A stretch of 62,960 nt of DNA, the filler included. It is 12 parts of 12 records of this genome, joined end to end, with 100 filler letters (N's around TTAATTAATTAA, not from the genome) between each part and the next. Parts side by side here need not be neighbours in the genome. Positions count along the whole stretch, not along the records: positions 37,764 to 43,625 come from SRR7504441_7779; positions 43,726 to 47,273 come from SRR7504441_7780; positions 47,374 to 50,880 come from SRR7504441_7792; 9 more parts are not named here. One strand, 5' to 3'. A program made the translations under genes and the position numbers. Positions within the stretch are counted from its first letter, which is position 1; the number at the start of each line of letters is the position of its first letter. Shown here in pieces: positions 37,851 to 48,058 of this stretch. The notes below the pieces were generated by a model, which made no database searches, was not told where the DNA came from, and saw nothing but the letters and a program-made list of their open reading frames with translations.

Positions 37851-39891
37851 CCTACTATATAGCGGCTGACCGGTTTGACGGGAGCAGCTGGTGCAGCGCG
37901 TTGTGTCCGACTGTGAGCAGCCGGGACGGGTCAACGGCCTTGATTGCCTCAATCCTCCAGCCAAGGTACTCTCCCCACATCTGATCCATCCCAGTAAACG
38001 CCTCGGCCGCCCGGATCGGCATCGACGACACGTCCGGCGGGATCGGTTTACACGCACTGAACGTGGTGGACCAGCCCCCGCACTGCCACCGGACGTATTC
38101 GCCTGCAGCCGAGCTGAGCCCGCAGCCAGTAGGGCAGGCGGACTCCAGTTCTTGGCGGCGGGGTGCGCGTCCCAGAGGGTCTGGTTGGGCCCGATGCTGA
38201 TCGCCCCCGGGAAGTCATACTGGTCGTCCGGCTCGTTGCATAAGTCAAACCCAACCACCTGCCACGCCCGTCACGGCACAGCGCAGTACTTAGATAGTAT
38301 ATACTACCCAGCTCTCGTTCTTGAGCAGCGCAGCGTCGTGTGCGGCGGCGGCGATCACAGCCTGCTTGGAGTCAGTGGCCTATATACTGTATACAGTACT
38401 ATATACAGTACTATATACACAGTAGTACTAGTACTAGTATAGTAGGGCCTGCTTGGAGTCGGTGGCCGGCACCCGGGCGCCCTTGTAGCACTCGAGCGTC
38501 ACCAGCAGCCTAAACCTCGACCTCAGCCTCGCTAGATTGATAGGGAGCCTCGACCTGAGCCCGGAAGCCTGGTGGAGCGCTCGGATCATCCGCAGCACGT
38601 CCGGCTGGGCCCAGGTGGCCGGCAGGATCCCATACACCCGCACAGTGTTGAGCCCGTAAGACACAGCTGCACGGCCGATCATCAGCGCCTGGCACCCACG
38701 GCCGGATGGTGCCTGTGCCCAGGTCGGACGCCAGGATGCTGCCAGCCAGCGCTCAGTGGACAGAATCTGCTGAGCTAGACCACAGGGCTAGTAGTAGAGT
38801 GTGGCACCCAGGGGCTGAGACCTGGCTGAGACACGTCCGTTGGGCTAGTACATAGTAGCATATACAGTACTATATACAGTACTATGCACAGTAGTACTAT
38901 ATACAGTATAGTAGGGGCCGACCTGGCTGAGACACTTCCGTTGAACGCTCCCCGGAAATAGTTGGCACCCAGCATGAAATACCGCTCGCCTGCACCGCGG
39001 CTCGAGCACCAGCTCCCGCCGTACTATACTAATGCACATACATACTTGTAGTATACTATTCGAGTACCGGTGCTGTAGACTAAGTGCCCGTCGGCCACTC
39101 GGACTGGCCCGCCCGGCTTGCTGCTCCACGCCCCGGCCGCACTGGCCCGGCTCGTCTGCACCGGACGCCCATTCTCCCCTGCCGCGGCCGATCACCACGT
39201 GCTTTACTAACTAATCGTACCAGCAAAGTGGCTGCTGAGTAGACTCAAGATCGGGCTACTCATGTAGAACTCGGAGCCGGCCACCCCACTCAGCAGCCAC
39301 CGGCCGTGCCCGAACACCGCCCCGGCCCTGAACCGTCCGTTAGATGCCGTTGGCGTCCGTTGGTGACCTGTACTGGCTCACGGCCCACCCTACCGACCGG
39401 TTGTAGCTATCCACCGCCTCCGCCCAGGGGACCAGCGCCGCGTCCCCGGTGACCCACCCGACCGCGCTCAGCCCCGTCACTGGTGTCCGCAGCTCGAACC
39501 CGGGGCCAGGCGCGCCCGGGCTGGATCGCACCCGAGCCGTCCCCGCGAGGTGGTACGGCTCGTATGGAGAAAGGACGTTAATCGGGAGCTCGGCGGCGGT
39601 GGTGTTGATCCGCGGGGGGCGGCCGCCGAGCAGACAGAGCGTGCCGCCCCGCCGGGCGAAGGCCAGATAGTTTGGGACCGCGGCGGGGGTGAGGGCGGGG
39701 GCGTGGGCCAGGAGCAGCCCAGAGAGGTCGTGGAGGCCAGACAGGTCGGCGGGCAGGATCACCGCGCCCAGCCGGGCGGCCAGGGCGCGGGCGAAGCTGA
39801 TGTTTGGACCCGGCAGCACGCCGATCGTCGGCTGGACGGCGGACGCCCAGGCCGACAGCCAAACGGCGAGCAGCGCTGTGGACCGGTGCAT
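37764..39891 (-). CDS. Secreted clan GH-A (GH5/GH2-like) glycoside hydrolase (3' partial)
   Basis: Signal MHRSTALLAVWLSAWASA; spliced GHLVYSTGERYFMLGANYF, DLGTAVSYGLNTVRVYG, SWVVGFDLCNEP (acid/base NEP), TVGYN. Confidence 0.75.
38360..38467. repeat. 21-bp direct repeat (38360-38380, 38447-38467; 1 mismatch) flanking a TA-rich filler; forms an 87-nt intron
   Basis: gcctgcttggagtc(a/g)gtggcc twice around tatatactgtatacagtact...tagtatagtagg. Confidence 0.9.
38819..38943. repeat. 24-bp direct repeat (38819-38842, 38920-38943; 1 mismatch) flanking a related TA-rich filler at an exon/intron junction
   Basis: gacctggctgagacac(g/t)tccgttg twice around ggctagtacatagtagcatatacagtact...tatagtaggggcc. 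Confidence 0.9.
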
Positions 39892-39908
39892 CGGCAGTTG
39901 TTTCTGCC

Positions 39909-39938
39909 GTTGTTGTTGTTGTTGTTGTCGTCGTTGTT
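39909..39938. repeat. (GTT)n microsatellite just upstream of the GH start codon
   Basis: gttgttgttgttgttgttgtcgtcgttgtt. Confidence 0.9.
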
Positions 39939-40046
39939 TGGGCTGCCGACAACGTGAGGCCGGCCCATAGGGTCGGGCGGCTAACCGGGCGCGGCCAGGT
40001 GCTGCAGAACCACCAACTGCACTGCTTGCTGGCGGTGGCCGTTGGG

Positions 40047-40585
40047 ATGGAGGATGCCAAGCGTAAGGCGGACTGCTTGCCGTGGCCCTATGGGGCCGCG
40101 CCCTCCTCGGTGCTTAAGGCGAATGCGGCGAATGGGCTCAGCTGCTTCCTGGAGCTTCGTAGGCTCCCGCTGGGTCCTCCCAAGGTCGGCGATGTCCACC
40201 CTTAGCAGGTCCACGAGTGGGTGCAGGCGCTCCTCGCAGAGCCGGCGCCACGCGTGCCCAATGCCAGCTCCTCCAGCCTCCTCCTCCTCCACCTGGCGAG
40301 ATCCAGCTCTTGAACCGACTGAGTTGCCCCGAGTTGCCTCGAGGCCGTGCTCCTATTTCTTCTCTCCAACAGCATCACAGAGGCCCTTGTCCCACAGCCA
40401 CCGAACGTTTACCTTCTCTTTCTTTAAGCTTATAGGGTATAGCTGAGCCGGTGCATCATTAAGTCTTGTAGTTGCAGTGGGCATACAGTGGGCACAACCA
40501 TTTGCCTCGGGTGATCATGAGCCAGGCTGGTCAACGCTTGCATGGCGGACTTGCATCCAATGAAGCTTCGGTAGGACTGGTGTAA
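40047..40585 (+). CDS. Small multi-exon hypothetical protein
   Basis: Short open segments can be joined by plausible short introns (MEDAKRK..VHEWVQALL..AVLLFLL..LQWAYSG..GLV*); no homology recognised. Confidence 0.3.
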
Positions 40586-40679
40586 GTTGTACGAGTAGCG
40601 CGCTTCGCGCGCTTGCTTCTTGGGCAATGATCTGACTTTGGCGCGACGTTCGATTTGAGACGAATTTTGAGGCATCATA

Positions 40680-41655
40680 ATGCCGTCCGCCGCGGCTCGA
40701 GCGGGCTTTGTGCCGCTGTCCACCAGGTGGGCGCCACGGCTGGGGCCTGGGGCTCACCCGGCGGGCGCAGCGACGTGGACCCGGCAGCCAGTCCGATTCC
40801 GCGCCCGGTAGCCCCCGCCCTCCCGGCCCCTCACTCAGGACAGGGGGCGCTCGCCCGGCGAGAGGCCAACACCCCCACACCAACCACCGGCCGGAAAGAG
40901 GCCCGGCCACCGGCGGCGGGGGAGGAGGGAGTGGATGAGCGCGAGGAGCGCAGGAGCGCCGAGGCGGCCGGGCTTTTGCAGCTGATCGCCCGGGCTTCGC
41001 AGTGGGTTAAACCGCCCGTCGCCGGCTGAGAGGGGGGCAGGAATAACGGGGAGCAAGACTTTCAGGCGGCCGGCGCGGGGCGGGCGGGCGGCGAGCGGGC
41101 GGCAGGGCTGGCTGGCCCAGCAGCGCGGGGACATGGACGGGATGTTCAGTCAGCTGGACGCCAAACTAGACCTAAGGTACCCCCGCGGTGGCCGAGGCTC
41201 GAGCCGTGGGCCAGGAGGGCTCAGCTGGAAAAGATGCTGGCCGATTCGCAGCCGGCGCCGACGAGCAGGTTTATCGGAGCGGCGGCGGTGCTCGGGCTGC
41301 CTGGTAAGTCTGCTGCTGATGGTTATTCGGATTGAATAGTGTGGATCGAGGGCTGATCTTGGCGGGGGCAGAGGACACACCGCCCTCCACGCTGCGGCGA
41401 GCCGAGTCGCCGGACAGCCCGGCGTCAGATTGCGACTTAGAACGGTGGGCACTCCTAGGTTTTGAAGGGGTTTTGCTGATTAGCGGTGTCAACATGCTTT
41501 GGCACTTAGCCTGACAGCGAGGTGAGAGGGGTCGTACTTGCAGATACATTGGACACTCGAATAGCTCGACACCAGCCAGGCTGCCGGGCAATCCGCCCAA
41601 CACTGTGGCGCTTAATCTTGATCAACCCACGTGCCAAGCGTGTAGCGTGATGTGA
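40680..41655 (+). CDS. Small multi-exon hypothetical protein ending in a CaaX-like motif
   Basis: ATG 40680, several short GT/GC-AG introns, last exon predicted ..PTCQACSVM*. Confidence 0.5.
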
Positions 41656-41799
41656 TGCTTTATACGTGCTTCGTACGCACTACTTTAGTAACGTTTGAAA
41701 AACATTGGTAAACATCCGTGTGGTCCAATTTAACGCGCTCTATTCAACGCTCTGTATGATTTTTAATTAAGAAAATAATACCTAAGTAAGCTACGGGAC

Positions 41800-42337
41800 T
41801 CAGATTTCTTCGACGTGGCTTGGCAAGCTTCCGGGCCTGGGCCTGCCATAGAGCTCTTCATGGCTCAGCTTGCCGTCGCCGTCCGCGTCGTGGATGTCAA
41901 ATCGCTGCTCCGTCTTGAGCTTCCCGTGCTGGTGATAAAACTCTCGCACGTCGATCATCAAGTCCCCGTTGCTATCCATCGCATCAAACGCTTCAGTCGA
42001 GCTCCCCTGGCGCATAGACGTGATCAGGCTGGCTGAGCTGTTGCTTGTACAGCCTGGCGTACTCACTGAGACTCACCGCCTGGTCCCCGTTCAAGTCGAT
42101 CAGCCCAAACAAGTCCGCCAGCCCGTGCTCGACCATCTCGTGACGGTCGAGCTGGCCGTTGGCGTTCGAGTCTAGCACTACGAACTCGCGCCGCACCGCC
42201 GGGTCGGGCTGCCGCTCCGGGTGAGGGTCCTGCCGGAGAGCCACCAACTGGTCTAGCGAGCCGGACGGGAACTCCGGCCACTCGCTCAGCCCCGCCGCCC
42301 ACCCGGCCAGCGCCAACACCAGCCCCCCGCACCGCAT
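41800..42337 (-). CDS. Secreted/ER-luminal four-EF-hand protein
   Basis: Signal peptide; DSNANGQLDRHE, DLNGDQAVSLSE, DSNGDLMIDVRE, DADGDGKLSHEE; C-terminal VEEI. Confidence 0.85.
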
Positions 42338-42414
42338 GCTGATGACCACGCGATGAGATCACCACATGGGGGGCCTCTCTCAAAGTCCGTTGCCTCAATA
42401 ACGGAATTATCACG

Positions 42415-43487
42415 ATGTGGCGGCCGGGGCCGCGGGAGGTGCTGCTGGTCTCCTCGGCCGAGGAGCCGGATCTCATCCCGGACGACGTGCACCTGCTGGC
42501 CGCCCTGGCCCGCCGCGGGGTCCGCCCGGTGATCCGGCTCTGGGACGACCCGGCCGTCGACTGGCCGGCGGTTCGGGTGCTGCTGCTCCGGTCGCTCTGG
42601 TCATACTCGCGGCCGGGCCGGTTCGGGGAGTTCGTTAGGTTTCTGGACCGGCTGCAGGCCGAGCCGCGCGAGGACCTGGCCAACATCAGGCCTCTGCTAA
42701 TCATATGCTAGTATATGTAGCACTGGGCGGGAGGCTGGTGTATATTGGGCGATGCCAGCACTGAGCCGCCGGCAGGTGGCACGCGCACAAACGGTACCTG
42801 CTCGACCTGGCCGCGGCCGGGGTCCCCACAGTGCCCACCCTGCTCGCCCGCGCCGCCCCCGTCATCCCGCCGGCCGACCCGCGATGGGATCCGTCCTGGA
42901 CCGTCCAGCCGGGCGGCCGCTGGGAGACTGTCCGCGTGGCGGCCGAGCGGCGGGGCTGGGACGTCAGGGGGGACGGGCTGGTGATCAAGCCAGCGATCGG
43001 GTCTGAGGGCGATGGGGTGCGGAGGGTGCGGTTCGGTCGGGCCAAGCGGGCGAGGCTGGACGTGCCGCTGGATGAGGATGTGCTGGTGCAGCCCTTCTTG
43101 CCACTGGTGAGGCAGCTGGGCGAGCGATGCCTGCTGTACGTCAGAGGCAAGTTCACGCACGCCATCCTCAAAGACCCGATTGAGCTGGCCGGCACCCCAG
43201 GCCCTGAGACCGCCGTGTTCCCCAACAAGGCTAAGGCGACTACCCCGACTGCTGAGCAGCTAGCGGTGGCCGCGGCCGCGCTTGGCGCGATGCCGGGCGG
43301 TCTGCCGTTGGTGGCGCGGATTGACCTGCTCCCGCGGGTGGGGCCGGGCCGGGTGGACTGGCTGCTGAGCGAGGTGGAGGTCTTTGGCCCCGAATTGTTC
43401 TCCAGAGTCGACTCGGCGGCTGCTGAGGCTGTCGCTCACGAGATCGACCGGCTGTTGGTCTCGTCAGAGCCGGACGACGGCTCTTAG
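42415..43487 (+). CDS. ATP-grasp ligase, RimK/DcsG-like
   Basis: WDDPAVDW..LLRSLW.Y, W..HKRYLLDL..GVPTVPT, VIKPAIG, VLVQPFL..GE..L..G.FTHA..K, ARIDL, LSEVE..PELF; one GC-AG intron 42690-42775. Confidence 0.85.
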
Positions 43488-43725
43488 CATCGGGTGCGCG
43501 GCTTTAATTAATAATAAATCAACTAGGCGCCGGCGAGCTGCACGTGCAGGACCAGCATCTCAGCAGCCCGCGGATGTAGCTCGCCTACTGCCTCCGGCGG
43601 CACTCTCGTGTGCGGCAGCCCAGCTNNNNNNNNNNNNNNNNNNNNNNNNNNNNNNNNNNNNNNNNNNNNTTAATTAATTAANNNNNNNNNNNNNNNNNNN
43701 NNNNNNNNNNNNNNNNNNNNNNNNN

Positions 43726-44439
43726 GCGGGCTCAGATGGGCGTGGCATGCCGGGAGGCATGCTCGCGTGCCGAGGTGCGCCGGCTGGCGGCCGAACAGCT
43801 GCCCGTTGGGCTGATTGTGTCTTGCGGTTCGTCTGTCTTCTTGACGTGGGCTCGCATCGGGGCCCTGGCTTGAGCGGGCGGCAGGCGGCCAGTCGAGATC
43901 GAGGCGCATGTCAGCAAGACATCAGCGGCCATCTTGCAGTGGCCCAGCGCCCCAGTGGTCGGAGTGTGCTTCGGGATGCAGTTGGTAGCACAGCTGTTCG
44001 GCGGAGCTCTCCAGCAGCAGGATGGCCATCCATCGCACTGGCACTCGCTAACTCGCGCGCCGGATAGCAGGCTGCTCAAACGGCTGCCTGCCCAACCAAT
44101 GTTCTGGTACGCGCATGCGGGCTTTGCTCCGAGGGCTGGCTGAAGGTGCACCAACTGTGTATTCGTAACTGAGCTTCCAGTGGGGTGCTGTTGTCTGACG
44201 ACAGCAGGCTGATCCAGGCACGCAGGTTTGTGGCGAGTGCGTGGGACGCTGCTGGGCGGGTGATGGCCATGGAGCACACGGAGCAGCATGTGTACGGTGT
44301 GCAGTTCCATCCCGAGGCTGCCGTCTCACAGTACCCTGATGGCCAAGCAGTGTTGCTGCAAATCCAGCAGCTCCTTGGCAAGCACAGGGCCCGGGTGGAT
44401 TCTAGACTAGATTCTAGACAACCGGATGGCGTAACATGA
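43726..44439 (+). CDS. Class I glutamine amidotransferase domain (5' partial)
   Basis: PVVGVCFGMQLVAQLFGG (catalytic Cys) and VYGVQFHPE (His-Glu). Confidence 0.88.
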
Positions 44440-44631
44440 TTCTTTCGGCTCATCCCGCCCCGTCCAAGTAAAGGATTATCTAAAGTTAATCTAATGTTAA
44501 ACTGCAGTACGATTACCCCGGCATCTACCCGGCATCACTGAGTTATGATTCAGTATTCAAACTGAGTTTGTACTGATTCATTTCAGTATTGCGTACGAGT
44601 ACCGAATCTTCGACGCTGTCTTATGGTAGTC

Positions 44632-47044
44632 TTATGGTGGTTTATCAGTGCCCACTCCTGCTGTTGAGAACCGGGTCTCCTGTTGTCGATGCAGCTCGTT
44701 GTTCATCTCTAAGGCCTCTTCAGTCTGTTGAAGGTTGCTCCTCAGCTGCTCTAACCGGCGCAGCGTGCTCTGAAACACCAGACACACCCACTGAGCCACA
44801 TGCTATCAGCTACGCGGCACCTCTTCCATCGATGGGCCTCTAGTTCGGCTCGAGCTATGTTGAGTTGGAGCTGCTGGCCAGGGTCAGTCGCATCCCAGCG
44901 CTAACCCTAACCCTAAAGGCAAGCCAGAGTCAGTCGCATCCCAGCGAGCACAGGACGGGCAGGCTTACAAGCCCAAGCCAAGCCTGCTACCGTGCTCTTG
45001 AGTCGGGTCGTTCTCTCGAACTTGCTTAGATGGCGCCTCGGCCGCCTGACCCTAGACCGATCGATCAGGCTACACCGGCAGCCACCTCCGGCTGCAGCTG
45101 GGTTGGGAGCGCAAGCTCCTCTGCCAGGCTGGTCTCGATCTCGTGTGGCCGTGGCGAATCGACCGAGGCTGTGCTGCTGCAGACCGAGCCGGGAGAGCGG
45201 TGCAGCTGCAGCTCGGTGGCCAGGACGGCCTGCTTGGCCTGGAGCGGCTTAGCTGAGCACACTAGCTGCCACCTGCAGGTGAGTGATGTATCGGCTGTGG
45301 TCTTGACACAGCTGGTGGTAGGTCGGTCGCCTCACAGCGTATCTCAACACTAGTATATCCCGATCAGATATGTACCCATCCTGCCCGACCCTCTGGCCTG
45401 CCCTCTGCCCGGCCGCTCACCTGCACTAAGTGCTCCACCCGCGCAAACCTGTTGTAACCCCAACACTCTCCCACCTGACCAGCGTACGCTCTCAGGCATC
45501 CCCCACGCTCGCACTTCAAAATCGGAGCCAAACTCTCTGGCAACTAGCGCGATGTTGGTGTTGGGGAGCAGGTCGCCCATCTCGATCCGATACTCGTACT
45601 TGGACGGCCCGCCTATCTCGATCGGGCTGGCCACCATCTCCAGGAAGACCGACAGGTACACCCCGAGTGCCACCCCGTTCCCGTTAGGGTAAACCTGATC
45701 CTGATCGGGGATGCTCGCTCGGCAGGCACCTTCAGGCGCCACGAGACCCCATTTGAGCCGTGCAAGCAGTCGCTATAGAGCACCTCGCCGCGCTCGCGCT
45801 TGGCACTGAAGTCCTGAATAGCAAACTCGCCAAACTCATACGGCGGCACCAGCTCCGACTGCAGCCCTGACACAAGCTCGGGGTGCCGCCAGACTGCACG
45901 CACCGTAGCGACCCTCTGGCTCGGCCGTGGCCAGCGCCCACTTGGCTGCCTCCGGATGCTCCTGTGGGCTGTGAGCGCGGAGCTGGCTGACCCGACCGGC
46001 TCGGTGAGCAGCGAGTCAAGCTGGTCCTCCAGCTCGTCCGCGATAGAGGCCACAAACTCATCCCTTGGCACCCCACTCACTCCCTCCTGCACCTGCACCG
46101 CCCGATTGCAGCACACCGACCGGCGCAGCCGCGCCTTCTCCAGCCCGGCCTCCAGCCGCTGCGACTCGGTGAGCAGCTCGGCCTGGGCTAGGGTCTCAGC
46201 GGCTGGGCTGGGCCGGCACCCTGGTGGCTAGCAGCTGGAGCAGCTGGTGCTTGTGCTCCGCCTCCACTCTTCCGACCATCGCCTCTATCGTGCTCCGCAC
46301 CTCAGCCAGCCGCTCCTCCTTGGACTTTGCGAGCAGCTCGATGTTTGATTCAACCTGCTCTCTGCTCACCCTAACCCTAGAGTGCTCTGGCCTGTTCGGT
46401 GGCCTCTGTGAGCAAGCTGAGCCTCTTGAGCAGACGGGACGACTTGGTGGACACCGCGTCCAGTCTGTGGTTATAAAGCTCCTGCAGCTGGCTCACTTCG
46501 TGCCCACGGTGCTCTCCGAACAGCGCGCAGTCCGAGCAGATCGCCACCTGACACCTCCAATCTGCTCGGACCGGCCCAAGGCCCAGGGCCGCACTTGCAG
46601 CACAGGTACTGGACCGGCTGCGAGTGCTGGGCGCACAGGTTCCAGGCCGGGGGCGGGCTGGGCTTGCATACAATCTCGTCGCACAACTGGCCGAGGATGA
46701 GCCGGGCAGCCCAGCCGGCTGACCTCATCCACAAACCGGCACTTGACCAGCCTGGCGCCGGGTCGGGCCGGGCAGCCAACGGTGGCACCCGTCTATGCTG
46801 AGCTGCTCGCGGCAGTGGGGGCAGTGGTCCTGCTGCTGGGTGAGCCAGCGGCTGATGCAGCTGTAGCAGAATATCTTGGAGCAGTGCGGGCATAGTCTGG
46901 CGGCCTGGACCCGGCCGTAGCAGATGCAGCATTTGATGATCTGCACACTGCTCGCCCCTTGCCGCCCACCGCCCCCACCTCCTCCAGCGCCTGCGGGTCT
47001 ATGCCCCCGACCGATCCGCTGTCCTCCTCCACGGTGTGCTCCAT
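44632..47044 (-). CDS. TRIM37: TRIM37-like E3 ligase (RING, B-box, coiled coil, MATH)
   Basis: [104 protein letters not shown]. Confidence 0.93.
44877..44946. repeat. Telomere-type (CCCTAA)2.5 insert flanked by a 24-bp direct repeat inside a TRIM37 intron
   Basis: gccag(g/a)gtcagtcgcatcccagcg at 44877-44900 and 44923-44946 around ctaaccctaaccctaaaggcaa. Confidence 0.88.
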
Positions 47045-47243
47045 CCCGCCAAAGAAAAATGTGCTCCAACAACAACGTGCATGATTGAGGGTTTGAGAGC
47101 ACGCTCAAGAGTAGTAGCCTGGGGGCGGAGTTGCGGGTTGTCTCGGAGCATGGCTGGGCCGACAGGGCATAATCGAAATAGCCGGGGAGGCTGGGCGCCA
47201 TGGATTTTTGTGCGGTCGAGCCCAAAGCAGCGGGTGGCTGGAC

Positions 47244-47248
47244 AAAAA
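47244..47248 (-). terminator. Pol III oligo-T terminator after the tRNA
   Basis: TTTTT one base after the tRNA 3' end on the minus strand. Confidence 0.65.
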
Positions 47249-47249
47249 G

Positions 47250-47273
47250 TGCCCACCGTGGGGCTCGAACCCA
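47250..47273 (-). tRNA. 3' end of a tRNA gene, probably tRNA-Lys (truncated by contig end)
   Basis: Minus strand TGGGTTCGAGCCCCACGGTGGGCA: T-loop/B-box GGTTCGAGCC plus an acceptor arm typical of eukaryotic tRNA-Lys; anticodon not in the contig. Confidence 0.75.
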
Positions 47274-47373
47274 NNNNNNNNNNNNNNNNNNNNNNNNNNN
47301 NNNNNNNNNNNNNNNNNTTAATTAATTAANNNNNNNNNNNNNNNNNNNNNNNNNNNNNNNNNNNNNNNNNNNN

Positions 47374-47984
47374 GGCATCATGTGCCCGGCCTGGCCCTCG
47401 AGCAGCGTCGATATTCCAAAGTCGGCTACCACCACAGTGTCGGTCTCCTCGTCCCACAGCAGGTTGGCCGGCTTCAGGTCCTGGACCAACACCCCTTCGC
47501 CGTGCAGCTCACCCATCGCCCGGCAGACTTGCGCCATATACCGGAGCAGCCGACCAGCCGGGAGCGCCCGCCCAGGCATCCGACCGGCCAGGTCGGCCAG
47601 GCTGCCCGAGTACAGCCGCATCACGATACAGAGCCCGCCCTGATGCTCGCAGGTACCCAGCAGCCGGCATACACCGTGGCAGCGGGTTGACGCCCTGTGC
47701 AGGCAGCGGAGCTCGTCCCGGAAGGCACGACCGAGCTCGCCCACCGCGGAGGGCAGCCGCTTAACCGCCACCCGCCGGGTTGACCCGTTGGCGGCGTCGC
47801 GCAGCTCGGCCTCGAACACCTCGCCTAGGTTGCCCGAGCCGACCTTGCCGAGCAGAGAGAGCCGGGACGGCGCGATCTCCCAGCCCAGATCGAGTGCCGG
47901 CTCCGACGGCCGGCCGGCCGGGGGCTCCGGGGGCATCTGCTGCCAGCCGCTCTCGGTGAGCGGCTGAACCACTGGTGTCGGCAT
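47374..47984 (-). CDS. Protein kinase, TKL/KEG-like kinase domain (3' partial)
   Basis: VGSGNLGEVF, RVAVKRL, GVCRLLGTC..LCIVMRLYSGSL, VQDLKPANLL, VADFGIS. Confidence 0.9.
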
Positions 47985-48058
47985 GGTCCCCCACAGTTTC
48001 CCTCAATTCTTCCGTTATTCCGAGAATAACGAACAATCCGGACACAACGTTCAAGAGC

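Noticed and set aside
37764-38943. Repeat-spacer-repeat pattern resembling CRISPR
   Set aside because: Each repeat pair is unique and copies host gene sequence; eukaryotic context and no cas genes.
39228-39300. 13-bp inverted repeat GTGGCTGCTGAGT / ACTCAGCAGCCAC
   Set aside because: Lies in a continuous coding exon (RWLLSGVAGSEFYMSSPILSLLSSHF) with no TSD; probably chance.
44901-44916. Telomere repeats as a chromosome end or nanochromosome cap
   Set aside because: Internal to an intron; no contig end carries telomeric arrays.
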